Shown here: positions 59,185-64,000 of the stretch, in pieces | Position numbering within the stretch: position 1 is the stretch's first letter | How the letters are laid out: each line of letters opens with the position of its first letter | From: Candidatus Bathyarchaeota archaeon | GTDB lineage: Archaea > Thermoproteota > Bathyarchaeia > TCS64 | Direction of reading: 5' to 3' | NCBI GenBank assembly: GCA_043826455.1 | Contig: JBDRQD010000048.1 | Location: 209,341 to 273,340, forward strand | DNA length: 64,000 nt | Notes under the pieces: model-generated | The model's input: the letters and a program-made list of their open reading frames with translations, nothing else | Database searches by the model: none | Told to the model about the DNA's origin: nothing | Translations under genes and position numbers: made by a program

Positions 59185-60315
59185 CTACGCTTGCACGTTG
59201 TATTTGTCGTACAGTTTCTTTAGGAGGGTGTTCAGCTCACGGGCCCGCTCCTCGCTGTCCTTGGGCTTCAGCTCTGTGCACTCGTAGCCCACGACCTCCC
59301 GCATGTGTCTGACGTTCTTCTCGCAGAACACCACGGTGCCGTCGCTCTTCACCTTCTCGATGCCGTCTATCCTGCCCCCCGCCTCGTTGATGCTGATGGC
59401 TTCCTCAAGGCTGATGCCGGGTAGCACGATCTCGGCCCCTTTCTCGGAGAGCCTGCACGGGTACGCGCCGGGCAGCCCCTTCGCTCCGGCTACGGCTGTG
59501 TGCACCTCCCCCGTGTCGTAGTAGATTGCCAGGACGTGCTTCAGGAAACTGGAGGCGGTTCTCATCTGGTCCACCACGGCGCTCTTGTACTGGGTTACAG
59601 CACCGTAGCCCTGCCCCTGGTAAAGCTCCGTGATGCGCTCGTTGGGGAACCTATCTGAGACATCCACCCCGTCCACCATGATCATGACCCAGAAGGGTCC
59701 GCCCATTCTCACAGTATAGTAGGAGCCGTGATGGCCGACGCCGTAGATCTTCACGCTTCTGTAGGGCACCTTGAGCTCCCGTGCCACTATCCTCTGGACC
59801 CTGGAGAGCCCTAGGTCCATGTTTCCTCCGCCGCACACCGGTTCCAGCCCCAGCCTGCTGAGCACCACGTTGGTGGTGTCCGGGAAAGCCCCGTTCACGA
59901 CGCTGGTGTGGATGCCGCTCTTCTTCACCGCCAGCATCAGCTTGTGGGCCAGTGTTAGGTGGTTGGGTAGCCACGGCCCCACTGGGCCGATCTTCTCATA
60001 GTCCTCGGGGGGTAGGAGCCGAGTTATCCACCAGCTGCCCAGGCTCGCCAGGTTGCATATGACCTTGGGTTGCAGCTCCTTCAAGAGTTCAGCAGTCTCG
60101 TTAATCTCGAAGAGGTTGATCTTGGTGAAGCTGAGGTCAGGGTAGAACCCGAAGTTGTGAGCCGTGTGGAGGCTCTCCTCCACCTCGAAGCGGCCCTTCG
60201 CCTCATCTACGTCTGCGCCCACCACCTTTATGGGCTGCCCCATAGAGGCTACCTGGTACATCATGTCGTGGCCCACGCTTCCCGCGGAGCCTATAATCAG
60301 GATGCTGTCCGTCAA
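59185..60315 (-). CDS. Uncharacterised NAD-binding (LDH/MDH-like) protein, paralog 2
   Basis: IIGSAGSVG Rossmann motif, VVNGAFPD, GVGHHG, GLPGAYP. Confidence 0.65.
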   Translation of the reverse strand: MTDSILIIGSAGSVGHDMMYQVASMGQPIKVVGADVDEAKGRFEVEESLHTAHNFGFYPDLSFTKINLFEINETAELLKELQPKVICNLASLGSWWITRLLPPEDYEKIGPVGPWLPNHLTLAHKLMLAVKKSGIHTSVVNGAFPDTTNVVLSRLGLEPVCGGGNMDLGLSRVQRIVARELKVPYRSVKIYGVGHHGSYYTVRMGGPFWVMIMVDGVDVSDRFPNERITELYQGQGYGAVTQYKSAVVDQMRTASSFLKHVLAIYYDTGEVHTAVAGAKGLPGAYPCRLSEKGAEIVLPGISLEEAISINEAGGRIDGIEKVKSDGTVVFCEKNVRHMREVVGYECTELKPKDSEERARELNTLLKKLYDKYNVQA

Positions 60316-60366
60316 ATCCTTCGCCGAAGGAGAAGAGGGGGTCTGAGTAGAAAAAATGTGAGGCGT

Positions 60367-61494
60367 CTACTTGCTCACGTGGTACTTGTCGTACAGCTTC
60401 TTGAGTAGCTTCTCCAGCTCCCTGGCCCGCTCCTCAGACTCCTTAGGCTTCAGCTCCTTACACTCGTAACCTACGACCTCCCGCATGTACCGGACGTTCT
60501 CGTCCCGGTACACCACGGTGCCGTCGTCCTTGATGCGCTCGATGCCGTCGAACTGGCCCCCCGCCTCGTTGATGCTGATGGCCTCCTCCAGGCTGATGTC
60601 GGGGACCACGGCCTCGGCTCCGTTCTCGCCCAGCCTGCACGGGTAGGCGCCGGGCAGCCCGTTGGGTCCCGGGACGCACTCCTGGGCCTCCTGGGTGTCG
60701 TAGTAGATGGCCAGGACGTTCTTGAGGAAGCTGGCCGCTGTCCTCATCTGGTCCACCAGGGCCCCAGAGTACTGGACGCTGGCAGCGTAGCCGGCGGCCG
60801 CGTACATGTCCCGGAGCTTGGTGTTGGGGTACCTACCGGTGACGTCCTCGCCGTCCACCATGATCTTCACCCAGAAGGGGGCATCCATGCGCTTGGTGTA
60901 GAAGGCCCCGTGGTGGCCGACGCCATATATCCTGACGCTGCGGAAGGGGACGCCCATATCCCTGGCGATGATGCGCTTGAACCGGAAGACCCCCAAGTCC
61001 ATGTTGCCGCCTCCGCAGACGGGGGCCATCCCCAGCTTGCCCAGGACCACGTTTGTGGCGTCCGGGAACGCGCCGTTCACCACCTTGATGTCCACGCCGC
61101 TGAGTTTGATTGCCTCCATGAGCTTCATGGCCAGGGTCAGGTGGTTGGGCAGCCACGGGCCGATGGGCCCTATCTTCTTGTACTCCTCGTCCGGCAGGAG
61201 CCTGGTGACCCACCAACTGCCCAGGCTCGCCAGATTGCATACGACCTTTGGCCGCAGCTCCTTCAGGAGCTCTGCGGTGCCCTTCACGTCGAACAGGTCT
61301 ATCTTGGTGAAGCTCAGGTCCGGGTAGAAGCCGAAGCTGTGGGCTACGTGGAGGCTCTCCTCTATCTCTAACCTGCCCTTCGCCTCGTTCACGTCGGCGC
61401 CCACGACCTTTATGGGCAGCCCCATGCTGGCGATCTGGTACATCATGTCGTGGCCCACGCTTCCAGCGGAGCCAATTATCATTATCGAGTCCAT
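60367..61494 (-). CDS. Uncharacterised NAD-binding (LDH/MDH-like) protein, paralog 1
   Basis: Collinear and highly similar to 59185..60315. Confidence 0.65.
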   Translation of the reverse strand: MDSIMIIGSAGSVGHDMMYQIASMGLPIKVVGADVNEAKGRLEIEESLHVAHSFGFYPDLSFTKIDLFDVKGTAELLKELRPKVVCNLASLGSWWVTRLLPDEEYKKIGPIGPWLPNHLTLAMKLMEAIKLSGVDIKVVNGAFPDATNVVLGKLGMAPVCGGGNMDLGVFRFKRIIARDMGVPFRSVRIYGVGHHGAFYTKRMDAPFWVKIMVDGEDVTGRYPNTKLRDMYAAAGYAASVQYSGALVDQMRTAASFLKNVLAIYYDTQEAQECVPGPNGLPGAYPCRLGENGAEAVVPDISLEEAISINEAGGQFDGIERIKDDGTVVYRDENVRYMREVVGYECKELKPKESEERARELEKLLKKLYDKYHVSK

Positions 61495-61600
61495 TTCTAT
61501 CCTCTAGAACCTTGATCCGTTTTGTATTAAAGAAGTTATGACGCTCCCCCTATGAGGGTCTATGTAATTTTTATATCAAAATGATAGACATGATGTGTGA

Positions 61601-62899
61601 GTGGGGGAACGATTGAGGAAAATTTTGCTTTTCGTCGGGCTGCTGACCGTCATCCTACTTCAAGCCATGGCTGTCAGCGCCCAGGACGAGGTCACCCCCC
61701 TGAGCCTCGACATCACTGTATACTCGGACGGCAACGTGAAGATAGTCTACTATGTAGAGTCTGACCCGACGAAGGTCCGTGTCGACGTGGACCTGTTTGG
61801 TTCAAGCTACAGCACACTGGTGGTGAGAGACGAGGAGGGCCGCCCCCTGGCCTCGACCCCCAGTCCATCGGGAGTCACAGTGGACAGCCTGGGAGCCACC
61901 GAGCTCACATTCACTTATTACACGGCCAGCCTCACCACGAAGGAGGGGCTGCTGTGGACCCTCAACGTGACGACGCCCGTATCCTCAACCATCACTCTTC
62001 CGGTGGGCACCGCCATCTTCGACCTGAGCCACGTCCCCGTAGACCTGGGCACCGTGGGCGGGCTCCAGTACGTGAAGATGCCCGCAGGCGACCTATCCCT
62101 CTACTACATCATCGGGCTGCCCAACGTGCAGCAGGAGGCCCAGGCCGCCATACAGGACGCCCAGACCTATATCGAGGATAAGGAGGCCACGGGCTATGTT
62201 CTAGAAGGTGCTCGCGGCCAACTGGAGGCCACCAAGTCCCTCTACCAGCAACAGATCTATGTAGACGCTAAGGCGGCCGCTGTGGACGCTAAACAGCTAG
62301 CCATATCAACCGTCGCAGCCGCCGACTCCGCGTCCACTAAGATTTCGCTGTCCGCCGATGCCGTGCAGAGGGCTCGGAGCGAGGGTAGGACAAGCGGCTT
62401 ATCCGAGGCAGAGGCAGAGCTCCAGTCCGCTAGACAGCTATACCAGGCGGGAAGCTACCCTGAGGCGGAGATGACCGCCATCGGGGCGGCTCAGCTGGCC
62501 ACCACAGCCAAGGCGCCTGACAACACCATGCTATACGCGGGGGTGGTCATACTGGCAGCCGCAGCCGCTGGCGGCTACGTCTACCTGAAGAGGGTGAGGC
62601 CCACGCTGGGCCAGGCCATTCCACCAGCGCCCACTGCGCCTGCGACCCCAGCGGAGGTGGACCTTGCCAGGATATTCGATAAGCACGGGGACCTGAGGCT
62701 GGAGGACAAGGAGGTCCTCCGGTACCTGGCGGAGAACAACGGGGAGGCCTTCGCCTCAGAGATACGCGACAGGTTCGACCTGCCCAGGTCCACAGCCTGG
62801 AGACTGATGCGGCGCCTCATCCGTGAAGGCATCGTGGAGGAGACCAAGATAGGTAACCAGAGCCTCATACGGGTGATGAAGAAGTACCATAAGGCTTGA
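61601..62899 (+). CDS. Membrane-anchored wHTH regulator (COG2512-like)
   Basis: Signal peptide, extracellular domain, TM, then LRLEDKEVL..ASEIRDRFDLPRSTAWRLMRRL..EGIVE..KIG. Confidence 0.8.
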   Translation: MGERLRKILLFVGLLTVILLQAMAVSAQDEVTPLSLDITVYSDGNVKIVYYVESDPTKVRVDVDLFGSSYSTLVVRDEEGRPLASTPSPSGVTVDSLGATELTFTYYTASLTTKEGLLWTLNVTTPVSSTITLPVGTAIFDLSHVPVDLGTVGGLQYVKMPAGDLSLYYIIGLPNVQQEAQAAIQDAQTYIEDKEATGYVLEGARGQLEATKSLYQQQIYVDAKAAAVDAKQLAISTVAAADSASTKISLSADAVQRARSEGRTSGLSEAEAELQSARQLYQAGSYPEAEMTAIGAAQLATTAKAPDNTMLYAGVVILAAAAAGGYVYLKRVRPTLGQAIPPAPTAPATPAEVDLARIFDKHGDLRLEDKEVLRYLAENNGEAFASEIRDRFDLPRSTAWRLMRRLIREGIVEETKIGNQSLIRVMKKYHKA

Positions 62900-62910
62900 C
62901 CGGGAAAATC

Positions 62911-62944
62911 GTTCCAAAACGTTCCACGGTGTTCTTATAATAAA
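62911..62944 (+). promoter_or_regulatory. (GTTC-N6)x3 + TATA promoter
   Basis: gttc at 62911, 62921, 62931 followed by ttataataaa. Confidence 0.65.
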
Positions 62945-62976
62945 GCCCCCCGCCCTCTATTTTTCAGTGAAGTCGG

Positions 62977-64000
62977 ATGAAGAATAAGGCACTGGCGCTC
63001 ACTCTCTTGATGATGCTTCTATTAGCCCCGTTGACGCACATGGTCTACGCTGAGGAGACCGGTGAGGACCCTGGATCCGGCAACATCGACCCCCTGATCC
63101 TTGCGCAGATAAAACAGGACACGGAGGCGAGGTACCAGGAGCTCTATAACCTGATCTTCGGCCAGTCAAGTCCCCCCGAAGGCGAGGGCACAGAAGGTGA
63201 AGGCACTGAGGGGGAAGAAGACCCAGACTTGGTCGGGTACGACGGCCCAGAGATCCCTGAGGGTACCGATCCGGCCCTTAGAAACCAGTTCATGCACGCC
63301 TGGATGGCCATGCAGCAGGCCCAGAGCATGGAGGGCGAGAGCCCCCAGGCCGCGGCCCAGCAGTACCTGCGGGCCATGAAGCAGCTGAGGAACGCCTGGA
63401 GGAAGTACCAGAAGGACAACCCCGAGGTGGTAGAGGAGCTCACTGAGGAATCAGAGGGCGAGCCTGTTGAGGAAGGCGCCGAGGTGCCCACTGAGGAAGA
63501 GATAACCGAAATACAGCAGCAACTCATCAACAGGTTCCAGGAGAGGTTCCAGGAGCAGCTGACCAACATGTTCAGCAACTACAACGAGGTCCAGGGAGAC
63601 CTGTCTCCCGGTGACGCGGTGAAGGCCCAGAGCGCCCTGTACCACGCCGAGCAGAAGCTCCTGCGGATACAGGAGAGAATACAGGCGGGTCAGTACGATG
63701 AGGCTCTTGACGAGCTGGACGAGACCACAGAAGGCCTCGACGACGAGTTCAACGAATTGGAGGACCCGGCCTCGGCCCAGATGTTCAGAACCATGAACCA
63801 GTATGAGGCCAGGATCGCGAAGATGGTGGAGAAGATGGAGAGGAAGACCGCCCGGGGCGAGGACACCTCCGAGGAAGAGGACCTGGTGAACCAGTTCAGG
63901 GGAAACGTCAACAGCGCCAAGAACGAGCACAAGGAGAACAAGGGAAACGGGAACGGTCAAGGCTCTAACAATGGCAAAGGTAAGCCTGAGGATAAAGGCA
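62977..64000 (+). CDS. Secreted acidic, helical protein (3'-truncated by window edge)
   Basis: MKNKALALTLLMMLLLAPLTHMVYA signal peptide; frame appears open to the end; missing from the ORF track because it has no stop. Confidence 0.8.
   Translation, partial: MKNKALALTLLMMLLLAPLTHMVYAEETGEDPGSGNIDPLILAQIKQDTEARYQELYNLIFGQSSPPEGEGTEGEGTEGEEDPDLVGYDGPEIPEGTDPALRNQFMHAWMAMQQAQSMEGESPQAAAQQYLRAMKQLRNAWRKYQKDNPEVVEELTEESEGEPVEEGAEVPTEEEITEIQQQLINRFQERFQEQLTNMFSNYNEVQGDLSPGDAVKAQSALYHAEQKLLRIQERIQAGQYDEALDELDETTEGLDDEFNELEDPASAQMFRTMNQYEARIAKMVEKMERKTARGEDTSEEEDLVNQFRGNVNSAKNEHKENKGNGNGQGSNNGKGKPEDKG

Overview
GC-rich archaeal chromosomal segment. TATA-type promoters, an archaeal RNase P RNA and DUF1724/DUF169/COG2512-type genes point to an archaeon; Bathyarchaeia-like is an inference only. 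Most genes serve peptide, amino-acid and amino-sugar scavenging (nagA, anmK, M20/M24/S9/S49 peptidases, D-aminoacylase, GGT, arginine deiminase) or purine synthesis (purB, split purH, guaB), plus a MoxR-DUF58-transglutaminase operon. The notable structure is accessory or non-coding: (1) a low-GC, bacterial-style agmatinase gene between two perfect 89-bp inverted repeats with no transposase; (2) an RNase P RNA gene whose 3' end is duplicated ~900 bp downstream around an SDR gene, like an integration scar in rnpB; (3) a ~310-bp non-coding element present twice in inverted orientation ~12 kb apart, with a 3-unit repeat/spacer leader; (4) a very AT-rich island encoding ParA, a wHTH protein and a HEPN-like protein; (5) an identical (GTTC-N6)x3-TATA promoter architecture at two distant loci, one next to a membrane-anchored wHTH regulator. 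Product calls come from motif recognition by eye; no database searches were run.
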